Made by a program: the position numbers and the translations under genes. The notes under the pieces are model-generated. The model saw only the letters and a program-made list of their open reading frames with translations, was not told the origin of the DNA and searched no databases. From an uncultured delta proteobacterium (GTDB lineage Bacteria > Desulfobacterota > Binatia > Binatales > Binataceae): 29,152 nt of DNA. The DNA is taken from positions 1-29,152 of the forward strand of contig CAVXXK010000016.1 in NCBI GenBank assembly GCA_963765675.1, read 5' to 3'. Shown piece by piece: positions 17,237 to 26,098 of this stretch; the first letter of the stretch is position 1, and each line of letters starts with the position of its first letter.

Positions 17237-18186
17237 GTGAGACTCCGGAGGATGAGGCTGCGATTTAATCGGGGGCCGATTCCACCCCTAACGCTTCGGG
17301 CGCGTAACCACTGGTACCATGGATCAAGCCCGTCCCCTGTGCGAGCAGAGACGCGCATTATCTCGAGCTTGGGATTAACCTCGCGCGCAAATTGAGAGCA
17401 TCGCTCGATGTCGAATTCCAGATGCGGAATCAGATCGATCTTGTTGATCAGCATCACGCCTGCGGCGCGGAACATATGCGGGTACTTGAGCGGCTTGTCC
17501 TCGCCCTCGGTCACCGACATTATTACGACCTTTTCCGCTTCCCCCAGGTCGAACAACGCGGGACAAACGAGATTGCCAACGTTCTCGATGATCACCAGCG
17601 AGTGCGCGGGCGGAGCCAGCTTACGAAGCGCCGCGGAGACCATTTGGGCGTCGAGATGGCACCCGCTGCCGGTGTTGATCTGGATCGCCCGGGCGCCCGC
17701 CTTGCGAATCCGCTCGGCATCGCGCACGGTTTCCTGGTCGCCCTCGATCACTGAAAGCCGCACTTCTTTCGCGAGATCGGCGAGCGTGCGCTCCAGCAGC
17801 GTGGTCTTGCCCGCTCCTGGCGAGCTCATCAGGTTGAGCGCGAGGATTCCGCGGCCTTCGAACCATCCGCGATTTCGCTCCGCCATGAGATCATTCTTCG
17901 CTAAGACATTCTGTTCGAAACGAATAATGCGGCTCGCTTTGTGATCGTTCATCGCGCCGCCAGCGCGTGCGTCACCGGCGTGCTCTCGAGGATAGAGATC
18001 ATGTGCATGCCCATGATCATGTTCGTGTGCATGCTCCTGGCGGTGGTCGTGAGAGACGTCGGTATGGGCATGCGGGTGGTCGGGCCCAGGAGAGTGTTCA
18101 TGGGGATGGCCGTGCGCGGACGGTCTCTCGGCAGGATCGGTGATTTGCACAGACGAAGCATCGGAGCAGCCGCAGGTGTCACACAT
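17233..18186 (-). CDS. hypB: Nickel-insertion GTPase HypB with N-terminal CxxCGC and a His-rich region
   Basis: MCDTCGC, His-rich linker, SSPGAGKT, GCHLDA, ENVGNLVCP, EGEDKPLKYP, NKID. Confidence 0.97.
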   Translation of the reverse strand: MCDTCGCSDASSVQITDPAERPSAHGHPHEHSPGPDHPHAHTDVSHDHRQEHAHEHDHGHAHDLYPREHAGDARAGGAMNDHKASRIIRFEQNVLAKNDLMAERNRGWFEGRGILALNLMSSPGAGKTTLLERTLADLAKEVRLSVIEGDQETVRDAERIRKAGARAIQINTGSGCHLDAQMVSAALRKLAPPAHSLVIIENVGNLVCPALFDLGEAEKVVIMSVTEGEDKPLKYPHMFRAAGVMLINKIDLIPHLEFDIERCSQFAREVNPKLEIMRVSARTGDGLDPWYQWLRARSVRGGIGPRLNRSLILRSLT

Positions 18187-18517
18187 GGGAGGCTACCTCA
18201 ACTTCTTTGATTCGCAGCTCGGTGCCGCCACTAAATTCGAGGTTGGCACTGCCGCAGTGGCACAACGCGATGGGACCGTCGACTTCGATTCGCGCGCCGC
18301 ATTCGCGGCATCGAGCCCGTCCCGGCGTCTCAATGATGTCGAGCACGGCGCCGACAAGTGGCGTTCCGTGGGCCGCGATATCGAAGCAGAAGCGGACTGC
18401 ATCGGGAACCACGCCAGAAAGTTTGCCGATTTCGAGCAGTACCCGAGTCACCTTGGTATCACGGACACGGTCAGTTATCGCCTCAATGACACTCTCAGTG
18501 ATTGCGAGTTCGTGCAC
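18179..18517 (-). CDS. hypA: Nickel metallochaperone HypA
   Basis: Start re-set to the GTG at 18517 gives MHELAI. IGKLSGV, CREC, LCHCGS, GTELRIKEVEV. Confidence 0.95.
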   Translation of the reverse strand: MHELAITESVIEAITDRVRDTKVTRVLLEIGKLSGVVPDAVRFCFDIAAHGTPLVGAVLDIIETPGRARCRECGARIEVDGPIALCHCGSANLEFSGGTELRIKEVEVASHV

Positions 18518-18948
18518 CGCCAGGATCTCATCAGGGAAGTATCGGTTGTCTTTCCAGTCAACTCGCTTTTTGCGCGCGATGTCAAGAAGAATTTTGAGAA
18601 GACATTGCAAAGGCTTGCCTCGCCATGAATAAGCGAGGATTCGAGCGGGCTGCGGGGCGCAGCTTTCTGGATTTGGTCGCCGGGAAAAGGGAGCTGTATC
18701 GAATCAACCGGATTGCAAAGTTTGCACTACTCGCCGCCGTAATAGCTGTCCCTACCAAATATCTCATCTGAACGAGAATTAGGACAGGTGAAAGAGCCGC
18801 AGCTCCGTTAGCGGCTCTCTGACCATCACTGGCAACGCGTCCAATGGACAACAGGTCGTGAGTCTGAGTGGCACCGGCACCTGAGCCGGGCAGCAGTCGA
18901 GAGAGCCAGGCTAGCAAGCGGAACTGGCCAGCCGGCCCATCAATCGCG

Positions 18949-18964
18949 TGGACAAAAACTTGCA
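18949..18964 (+). promoter_or_regulatory. Possible sigma54 promoter for the right-hand cluster
   Basis: TGGACAAAAACTTGCA has GG-N10-GC spacing and a good -12 but a non-consensus -24. Confidence 0.3.
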
Positions 18965-19046
18965 AAAGCGCAACCATGCTCAGGCGCGACAGCGGACTTT
19001 GCGATGCCCGCATCGCGATTCGGCAAATTACAACGGAGGGAAGACC

Positions 19047-19457
19047 GTGAATACTGAAACCAGGGTGGGTCTTGTCCTGCCGGTCGACACCATTCGGGAT
19101 CGTCTGAATCGGGACCCGGAATTTCTATTGACGGCGCGCTTCTGGTACTGCGACATCCGTTTTTTCATCGGCGAGGACCCGTATTTCATGCGGATCGAGA
19201 ACGGCAAGGTCGATCGTTTTCAGTATGGCACCCAGGGCTTCGACCCATACACCATCAACATCGGTGGTCCCGAGGAAGTCTGGAAGAAGATGATGGAGCG
19301 GCGGCCGAAACCCTTCTATCACGACTGGTTCGCGGCTTCGTTCCATCATGGATTCACGTTCGGCGGCGATCTCGAATCGGCATACGCACACTACTACGCA
19401 ATCCGCCGGATCAACGCGATCATGCGCCAGGCGGTGATCGAATCGCGTGCCGCATAG
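19047..19457 (+). CDS. Hypothetical protein, SCP2-like fold
   Basis: GTG start with GGAGG RBS. The pattern LN.DPEF...ARFW...IENGKV...I.I.GP.EVW.K....GD is SCP2-like; it is paired with the hydrolase. Confidence 0.6.
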   Translation: MNTETRVGLVLPVDTIRDRLNRDPEFLLTARFWYCDIRFFIGEDPYFMRIENGKVDRFQYGTQGFDPYTINIGGPEEVWKKMMERRPKPFYHDWFAASFHHGFTFGGDLESAYAHYYAIRRINAIMRQAVIESRAA

Positions 19458-19471
19458 GGGGCACCAGGACA

Positions 19472-20329
19472 ATGGCAAAGTTTTCAGACATTATTGGCCG
19501 TTATGTTTACCTTGAAGTGGACGGCGTCGAGTACCGCGTCTATATCGAAGAGGCGGGCAAGGGAATTCCGCTGGTATGCCAGCACACGGCGGGATCGGAT
19601 GGACGCCAATATCGGCATATCCTTGAAGATCGCGACATCACGTCGCGCTTTCATGTAGTTGCCGCCGACCTGCCCTATCACGGCAAGTCGCTTCCACCGA
19701 TTTCCGTCAGGTACTGGGAACAGGAATACAAGCTCACCAAGGATTGGTTCATGCGTTACTGGGTGAAGCTTTGTCATGAGCTTGAACTCAATCGGCCCGT
19801 ATACATGGGCTGCTCGATGGGCGGTCATCTCGCGCCCGACCTGGCGCTCAACTATCCGAACGAATTCCGCGCCTGTATCGGGTTGGAGGCATCGATGTGG
19901 AGCGGCAATACCGATCGATTGGTGAACCAGTGGTTCCACCATCCCCGCTTATCGAACGAATCGAAGCCGGCTCTCATGCTGAGCCTGTGCTCGCCGAACG
20001 CGCCGGAAGAATACATCCGCGAGACGGTCTGGGAATACAGCCAAGGCGCGCCGCCGGTTTTCAAAGGCGACCTATACTACTACGCCTTCGAGCATGATTT
20101 GCGGCAGACCGCGAAGAACATCGACACGCGCAAATGCGCGCTCTACGTGCTCAGCGGGGAGTACGATTGGTCGGCATACCCGGCGGCGGCGAAGGCCCTG
20201 GCGGATGCGGTGCCCGGAGCGACCTATACGTTGATGGAAGGGATGGGACACTTTCCGATGGCTGAGGATCCGGTTCAATTCAAGAAATATCTGATGCCGG
20301 TCCTCGCGGACATTCAGGCCAAATCCTAG
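19472..20329 (+). CDS. Alpha/beta-fold hydrolase
   Basis: QHTAGSD, DLPYHGKS, nucleophile elbow GCSMGG, GEYD, GHFPM. Confidence 0.92.
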   Translation: MAKFSDIIGRYVYLEVDGVEYRVYIEEAGKGIPLVCQHTAGSDGRQYRHILEDRDITSRFHVVAADLPYHGKSLPPISVRYWEQEYKLTKDWFMRYWVKLCHELELNRPVYMGCSMGGHLAPDLALNYPNEFRACIGLEASMWSGNTDRLVNQWFHHPRLSNESKPALMLSLCSPNAPEEYIRETVWEYSQGAPPVFKGDLYYYAFEHDLRQTAKNIDTRKCALYVLSGEYDWSAYPAAAKALADAVPGATYTLMEGMGHFPMAEDPVQFKKYLMPVLADIQAKS

Positions 20330-20390
20330 TTTCGGTTTCCGGCAACGGTTCAAGCCGGGAAAGATTCTCAGTCGGAGGGGAGAGGGGTCA

Positions 20391-20855
20391 ATGAGCACCA
20401 AGCGCAGCGCCAAATTGCAGCTCGAGGACATCGAAGCAATCAAGATGTTGAAGGCCCGCTATGGGTACTATTGCGACGATAGCTATAATCCCGACGGAAT
20501 CTCTTCGCTATTCATCGAAGATGGCGTATGGGACGGCGGGCAATTCGGGCGGCATGAAGGACGCCAAGCGATCCATACCTTCTTCCACGACCTCGGCCGC
20601 AACAAGATCGGTTTTGCGATGCATCTGTTTATGAATCCGCTGATCGAGGTCAGTGGCGACACGGCGATTGGTCATTGGTATCTGCTGTGTCCACTAACCA
20701 TGCTTGAAAACAACCTGGCGACCTGGTGCTCAGGCCGTTACTTCGAGGAATACGTCAAAGTAGGCGGCGAGTGGAAGTACAAGCTGCTGCGCTTCACCCC
20801 CTATTTTATCACTCCCTTTGACAAGGGCTGGGCGGAAAAGAAATTTATTTTCTAG
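20391..20855 (+). CDS. SnoaL-like/NTF2 family protein (LinA/BaiE/scytalone dehydratase-like)
   Basis: LEDIEAIK.LKARY...CD, LF.EDGVW, AMHLFMNPLIEVSGDTA, GRY.EEY.K.GGEWK. Confidence 0.85.
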   Translation: MSTKRSAKLQLEDIEAIKMLKARYGYYCDDSYNPDGISSLFIEDGVWDGGQFGRHEGRQAIHTFFHDLGRNKIGFAMHLFMNPLIEVSGDTAIGHWYLLCPLTMLENNLATWCSGRYFEEYVKVGGEWKYKLLRFTPYFITPFDKGWAEKKFIF

Positions 20856-21263
20856 ATAGGAATGTGGGCAGACCGGGCTTCATCGAATAGCTCAATTAGG
20901 GCGCGGGATGGTCGACGCGTCGGGGTCGAGAAGGCTTTGGTCGTTTCGGTTGTCGATTCTTAAAGCGGTCCGGCTTCACCTCCGACGATCCGTGCGCGCA
21001 CCTGATCTCGCTCGGCGAATTCCTGGCCATGTCGCCGCCTGCGCGCTTAGGCCTAAACGATGTTCCTAGCCGGTTAACGGTCTTACCGTCAGCTCCAAAA
21101 GACCGCTCCGCGCCACCACGAATTGCCGGGGTATTAAGTAGAATGGCCCATGGACAGTCGATCGCTTAACCGCGTCGACTATTCTCAGTTGCATGCGCTC
21201 AAGGAGTAAAGCTGTTGGCGGACCTCCGAACTTCGGTTTAGGGCAACCAACAAGGAGAAGCAA

Positions 21264-22043
21264 ATGGATCCAATTAAGAGACTCGATCGTTCAGTGAAGG
21301 GAAGGGCGGTACTAATCACCGGAGCAGCAAGCGGGATGGGCCGCGCAACCGCGCATGTGTTCGCCGCGGAAGGCGCGCTCGTTGCGATTACCGATATAAA
21401 TGAAGGCGGAGTCGCGCGCGTGCTCGATGAAATCAAGTCCGAGGGCGGGAACGCGCATGCCTGGCGTCTGGATGTTCTCGACCATGACGATATAAAGCGA
21501 GTGGTGAACGAAGCGGCGCGGCATTTCGGCCGCCTTGATATCCTCATCAACAACGCGGGATTCGGCGCCTTTCATCCGATTGATGCGACCGGTTACGACG
21601 AGGTCTGGGATCGTGCGATCAACGGGATGCTCACCGCGCAGCAGCGGCTCGTTCGTGCAGCGCTACCGCACCTGCGCAAATCGGATGCGGCACGAATCGT
21701 TAACATCGCCTCCACCGAAGGACTCGGCGCGACGCCGGGTGATAGTCCGTATGTGGTTGCGAAGACCGGGGTGATCGGTCTGACGCATGCGCTCGCTGTT
21801 GATCTCGGTCCGGAGGGCATCACCGTCAACTGCGTTTGCCCAGGCCCAATACGGACGAATCTGACAGACGCCATACCGGAGGAACATAAGACGATTTTTG
21901 CCAAGCGACGCACGGCGGTGAAACGCTACGGCTATCCGGAGGAAGTTGCACATATCACTTTCAGTTTGTGCCTGCCCGCGGCCTCATATCTGACTGGTGC
22001 GGTGATACCTGTGGATGGAGGATTGACGATCCGGAACGCGTGA
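21264..22043 (+). CDS. Short-chain dehydrogenase/reductase
   Basis: TGAASGMG, NNAG, NIAS, YVVAK, VNCVCPG, VDGG. Confidence 0.95.
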   Translation: MDPIKRLDRSVKGRAVLITGAASGMGRATAHVFAAEGALVAITDINEGGVARVLDEIKSEGGNAHAWRLDVLDHDDIKRVVNEAARHFGRLDILINNAGFGAFHPIDATGYDEVWDRAINGMLTAQQRLVRAALPHLRKSDAARIVNIASTEGLGATPGDSPYVVAKTGVIGLTHALAVDLGPEGITVNCVCPGPIRTNLTDAIPEEHKTIFAKRRTAVKRYGYPEEVAHITFSLCLPAASYLTGAVIPVDGGLTIRNA

Positions 22044-22306
22044 CAAGAGACGGCACTAGTCATGGAATTTTCTTCGATCATAGCCGGCCACTGCACCTTT
22101 TGCTGGGAAGTTCAGACTTTTTTGCGTTATAGATCTCATTCTAACGCGGTCGCCAGTCATTCGGAGGCTCATCGGGCGCGAGCGGGTTGATCGCCTAGCA
22201 TCTTGCTGCTGGCGAGGTGAAGTTTGTGAGAGCGTTGCCCTTCGCGCCTCTGGAACCGTTGCCGCAATCGGAAATGACAGCATAGTCGAATCAAGGAGAG
22301 GGCCGT

Positions 22307-23329
22307 ATGAACGTCGGACTCATGTTCTCGTTTCGCAACCCGCCCAAATGGAAGAAGCCTTGGGCGGACGTCTACGAATCACAGCTTGAACAAACGAAGC
22401 TCGCCGAAGATCTCGGCTACGACACGGTTTGGCTGACCGAGCACCACTTCGCCGAGGATGGCTACTCGCCATCGCTGATGACGCTCGCCGGCGCAGTCGC
22501 CGCCAAGACTAGCCGGGTCCGCATTGGTACATTTTTGCTCCTACTGCCGCTGCACAATGCCGTTCGCGTTGCAGAGGACGCTGCCACGGTCGACGTCATT
22601 TCGCGGGGACGCTTCGATCTCGGTATCGGCAAGGGATACGCGAGGCATGAATTTCTCGGCTATGGGATTCCCAGCAAGGAGCGTGCGTCGCGCTTCGAAG
22701 AGGGCATCGACGTGATGCGCGGCATCTGGACCCAGGATCCGTTCTCCTTCCAGGGAAAGCACTACAATTTGCAGGACATCCGACTTACGCCGAAGCCCGT
22801 GCAGCAGCCGCACCCGCCGCTCTGGGTGGGCGCTCTCAATCCGAAGGCTGTGGATCGCGCGGCACGACTCGGCTGCCACTACCTCGGCGTCGGCGATACG
22901 TCCGCTTACGATGAGGCTCTGCGACGGCACGGCCGTAATCCGTCCGACTTCAGCGTCGCGCAACTCGTCTGGGTGCATCTTGCCCCCTCGAAAGAGCAAG
23001 CCTGGGACGAGGTCCAGGAGCACGTGCACTGGATGCTCACGGTCTATGGTAAGTGGCTGAGCGACGCCGGTGAGCTCCAGGGCCCTCCCACGCTGTTCAA
23101 TCCGCCGCCGGCGTCGGAGCTACGGCGCACAACCGACCCGTTGCTGTTCACCCCGATCGTGGGAAACTCCGAAGATGTCGCGGAAGGACTGGAGCAGTTC
23201 ACGCGCAGGGTACGCACGACGCATCTCGTACTGGGCATGCATTTCCCTGGCATCGACCCGAAGCTCGCCAGGCGCTCAATGGAGACCTTCGCGCGAGAGC
23301 TTCTGCCCAATTTCAAGACGAAGTCGTAG
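22307..23329 (+). CDS. LLM-class (luciferase-like) flavin-dependent oxidoreductase
   Basis: AEDLGYDTVWLTEHHF, DGYSPS, RIGT, AEDAATVDVISRGRFDLGIG, PKPVQQPHPPLWVG. Confidence 0.93.
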   Translation: MNVGLMFSFRNPPKWKKPWADVYESQLEQTKLAEDLGYDTVWLTEHHFAEDGYSPSLMTLAGAVAAKTSRVRIGTFLLLLPLHNAVRVAEDAATVDVISRGRFDLGIGKGYARHEFLGYGIPSKERASRFEEGIDVMRGIWTQDPFSFQGKHYNLQDIRLTPKPVQQPHPPLWVGALNPKAVDRAARLGCHYLGVGDTSAYDEALRRHGRNPSDFSVAQLVWVHLAPSKEQAWDEVQEHVHWMLTVYGKWLSDAGELQGPPTLFNPPPASELRRTTDPLLFTPIVGNSEDVAEGLEQFTRRVRTTHLVLGMHFPGIDPKLARRSMETFARELLPNFKTKS

Positions 23330-23605
23330 GCGAAGCCAGGTGTAAGCTCAGTCTCCTGCGTCGGGCTGCTGTAAGAGTTTTTGAGCGCCGGAACAGGCGT
23401 CGCGCACCCTGCCACCACGCCGCACCGAGTACGCTGGATAACCTGAACGTTCGAAGGGCCGGAATCACGATACCGCTCCATCGTTTTGCGTTTGCAAGCC
23501 GACCGTTATCGATGCGAGCCTGAGTCCTGAATCATAACGGAAGTTTCGGTCCGAAGGCTTTAAAGAGGAGCGCTCGGCGGCGCGCCGACAAAGGAGACAG
23601 AACAA

Positions 23606-24604
23606 GTGGAATACCGTCTATTCGGTCAGACCGGCATCAAAATCTCCGCGATAGGTTTCGGCTGCTGGGAAATCGGCGGCGGTTACGGAAGTATCGAAGA
23701 AACCGAGTTCGTCAAAGCAATCAATCGGGCGCTCGAGGTTGGATTCAACAGTTTCGATACCGCCGAGGCCTATGGTATGGGTGCGTCGGAAAAATCGCTG
23801 GCCAAAGCCCTCGGATCGCGGCGCAAAGAGGCTGTGATCACGACAAAATTCGGAGTCGGATATCCGGATAAGAGGAACTATCGGGACAGCTCGCGCCAGC
23901 GCGTGATGGAGTCGATAGAGAGGAGCCTCAAGGCACTAAATACCGATTATGTCGATGTTTACCTGATCCACTGGCCCGATCGGACGGTGCCCTTCGAAGA
24001 GACGATGCGCGCGCTCGACGACCTCGTGAAACAGGGCAAAGTCCGCGCGGTCGGGCTCTCAAACTTCAAGCTCGACGAAATCAAAAGTTGCATGGCCGCG
24101 CGTCGCGTCGACGTCGTGCAGTACTGCTGGAATATGTTCGACCGGCGGATGCAGACCGAGATTTTCCCTTACTGCCGCGAGAACAAGATCGGGGTGATGG
24201 CCTACGGATCGCTGGCCTATGGAATGCTGACCGGCACGCTCAGCGAGGAGAAGGGTTTCGAAAAGGGTGACTGGCGGGCAAAGCGCGGGCAATTGATGAA
24301 CCTGAACCTGTTTCAGCATCTGTTTGGTTCGGAGCATTTCCTTAAGAATTTGCGGGCGGTTGAAGAACTGAAAGCGGTAGCGACACGCTACGGCAAGAGC
24401 CTGCCGCAACTTGCCCTGCGCTGGACCCTGTCAAATCCTGTAATCAGCACTGCACTGGTCGGATGCCGGAATCCCAGGGAGGTCGACGACAATGTCGGCT
24501 CATTGCAATGGTCGATATCCGATGCCGACATGAAAGAGATCGATGCGATTTTCGCCCGGCACCGGGCGGTCACTATGCCAGATGTCTGGCTGGAGACTAT
24601 TTAG
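23606..24604 (+). CDS. Aldo/keto reductase
   Basis: Catalytic tetrad in DTAEAYG, TKFG and IHWPD; GKVRAVGLSN; GTG start with AGGAG RBS. Confidence 0.95.
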   Translation: MEYRLFGQTGIKISAIGFGCWEIGGGYGSIEETEFVKAINRALEVGFNSFDTAEAYGMGASEKSLAKALGSRRKEAVITTKFGVGYPDKRNYRDSSRQRVMESIERSLKALNTDYVDVYLIHWPDRTVPFEETMRALDDLVKQGKVRAVGLSNFKLDEIKSCMAARRVDVVQYCWNMFDRRMQTEIFPYCRENKIGVMAYGSLAYGMLTGTLSEEKGFEKGDWRAKRGQLMNLNLFQHLFGSEHFLKNLRAVEELKAVATRYGKSLPQLALRWTLSNPVISTALVGCRNPREVDDNVGSLQWSISDADMKEIDAIFARHRAVTMPDVWLETI

Positions 24605-24652
24605 GGCTATCCAACCGATCTGCGTGAGTCGGTGAACCAATGGAGGCGGGTC

Positions 24653-26077
24653 ATGACGGTTCAGAAATTCCCACCGATGACAAAGAATTTCGCCATCTTC
24701 GACTGCGACGCTCATGTCACGGAGCCACCGTGGCTGTGGGAGCGCGCCAAGGACTGGCTTACCAAGGACGAGCTCGAAGCGCTCAAGAACACGATCTGGT
24801 TCGACCCCGAGAGCGAGCAGCTAATCGTAAATGGCAAGGCCGGAAGCGGACTCGGCTCGCAACGAATCCATGGCACGCCTGGCATGGTAAACGTGCTTTC
24901 CCTGGCCGGACCGGGCCTCAAGCACGATATCCAGCGTGCGTTGAACGTGCGCAATCTCAAGCGTGACACCGCACTAACCGCGGAACAGGCGGATTATCTC
25001 GATCACAAGGGATCGTACGAGCCCAAGCCGCGCCTGAGGGACATGGACGTCCAGGGGATCGATCAGGTGATGATCATTCCTACCGACATCGACACTTATC
25101 CATGGCTGCAAAATGCGGTTGGCGCCAAGGCGATGTGCAAGGCATACAACGACTGGGCTTATGAATATTGTCAGGAGAATCCGGAGCGGCTGTTCTTCGC
25201 GGCGATGTTGCCGATGCAAGATCCCAAATTCGCCCAGCAGGAGATTTATCGCGTCGCGGCCAAGCGTTGTCGTGTCGGACTGGTCCGCCCAATCGATGCC
25301 ATGGGCAATTATCCGATTCAGCCCAAGTACGAGCGCGTGTGGCGCGCGATGGAAGAAACAGGCGTGGTCTACGGGATGCATCCGTTCCCGGCCTTCGGGT
25401 CGCTGAAGCCGCCCGGGTACACCGAGCAACATTCGGGCGCAGAACTAATCGCGCTTACCGCTTCAACGGCAGGCCTGCCTCACTCCTTCCTGATAAACGT
25501 GCAGGATTTCCAGGCGGAGGCCTCACTATGGGTAGCGATGGTGCTGATGTCAGGCTTCTTTGAACGGTACTCAAAGCTGAGGGCTGCGGTCTTTGAGGCC
25601 TCCTCGACATGGTTGAGCTTTGTGCTCGACGAGTGCGACAAGCACTATCGCCTCTATCGCAATGATCGCCAATTGCCGCCCCTCAGGCGTCTCCCGAGCG
25701 AGACCTTTTTCGAGCATTGCGTAACCGGTTTCGAAGGCGACGAAGCGCCGCCTTCGCGCTTGCCGGAGTTTTACGAGAACATTCTGGCGTGGTCGTCTGA
25801 TGTCTATCATCACGACGGCGACGACGCGTGGCGGGCGATCGAGACCATGCGCAAGTGCGAGCTTCCGGAGAAGTATCAGGCGAAGTTCCTGGGTGAGAAC
25901 GCACGGAAGCTCTATAGAATCGATACGCCGAAAAACTTCATCCGTGACAGGGTAACCGAGATCGAGCGGCCCGATTGGTGGCCAACGGAGGAGGAGGTGA
26001 AGGCATCGCTCAAACCGGAGGCTGCGGTTCTGCGGACCCGAGCCGAATTCTCTCCAGGCGTCGGCGGCAGCCGCTAA
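24653..26077 (+). CDS. Amidohydrolase-2 family protein, copy 1
   Basis: FDCDAHVTEP, RLRDMD.QGID, AYNDW..EYC, GMHP, FEAS, WSSDVYHHD, GENARKLY; start re-set to the ATG at 24653 (GGAGG). Confidence 0.9.
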   Translation: MTVQKFPPMTKNFAIFDCDAHVTEPPWLWERAKDWLTKDELEALKNTIWFDPESEQLIVNGKAGSGLGSQRIHGTPGMVNVLSLAGPGLKHDIQRALNVRNLKRDTALTAEQADYLDHKGSYEPKPRLRDMDVQGIDQVMIIPTDIDTYPWLQNAVGAKAMCKAYNDWAYEYCQENPERLFFAAMLPMQDPKFAQQEIYRVAAKRCRVGLVRPIDAMGNYPIQPKYERVWRAMEETGVVYGMHPFPAFGSLKPPGYTEQHSGAELIALTASTAGLPHSFLINVQDFQAEASLWVAMVLMSGFFERYSKLRAAVFEASSTWLSFVLDECDKHYRLYRNDRQLPPLRRLPSETFFEHCVTGFEGDEAPPSRLPEFYENILAWSSDVYHHDGDDAWRAIETMRKCELPEKYQAKFLGENARKLYRIDTPKNFIRDRVTEIERPDWWPTEEEVKASLKPEAAVLRTRAEFSPGVGGSR

Positions 26078-26098
26078 ATCGAAAAGGGACAATCAGTC

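Noticed and set aside
18606-18620. AGGCAAGCCTTTGCA upstream of hypA as a sigma54 promoter
   Set aside because: GG-to-GC spacing is 9 nt, not the strictly required 10
18714-18726. Palindrome TGCAAA-G-TTTGCA in the divergent hypA spacer
   Set aside because: A single short palindrome that could be an operator but cannot be assigned and may be chance
18582-19013. 143-aa minus-strand ORF in the intergenic region
   Set aside because: No motif, low-information composition, and it spans a probable divergent promoter region
20335-20362. Stem-loop TTTCCGGC...GCCGGGAA after the hydrolase
   Set aside because: No U-tract on the coding strand; at most an mRNA-stabilising hairpin, not supportable as a terminator
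22251-22266. TGGAACCGTTGCCGCA before the LLM gene as a sigma54 promoter
   Set aside because: Spacing is correct but the -12 element (CCGC) is poor
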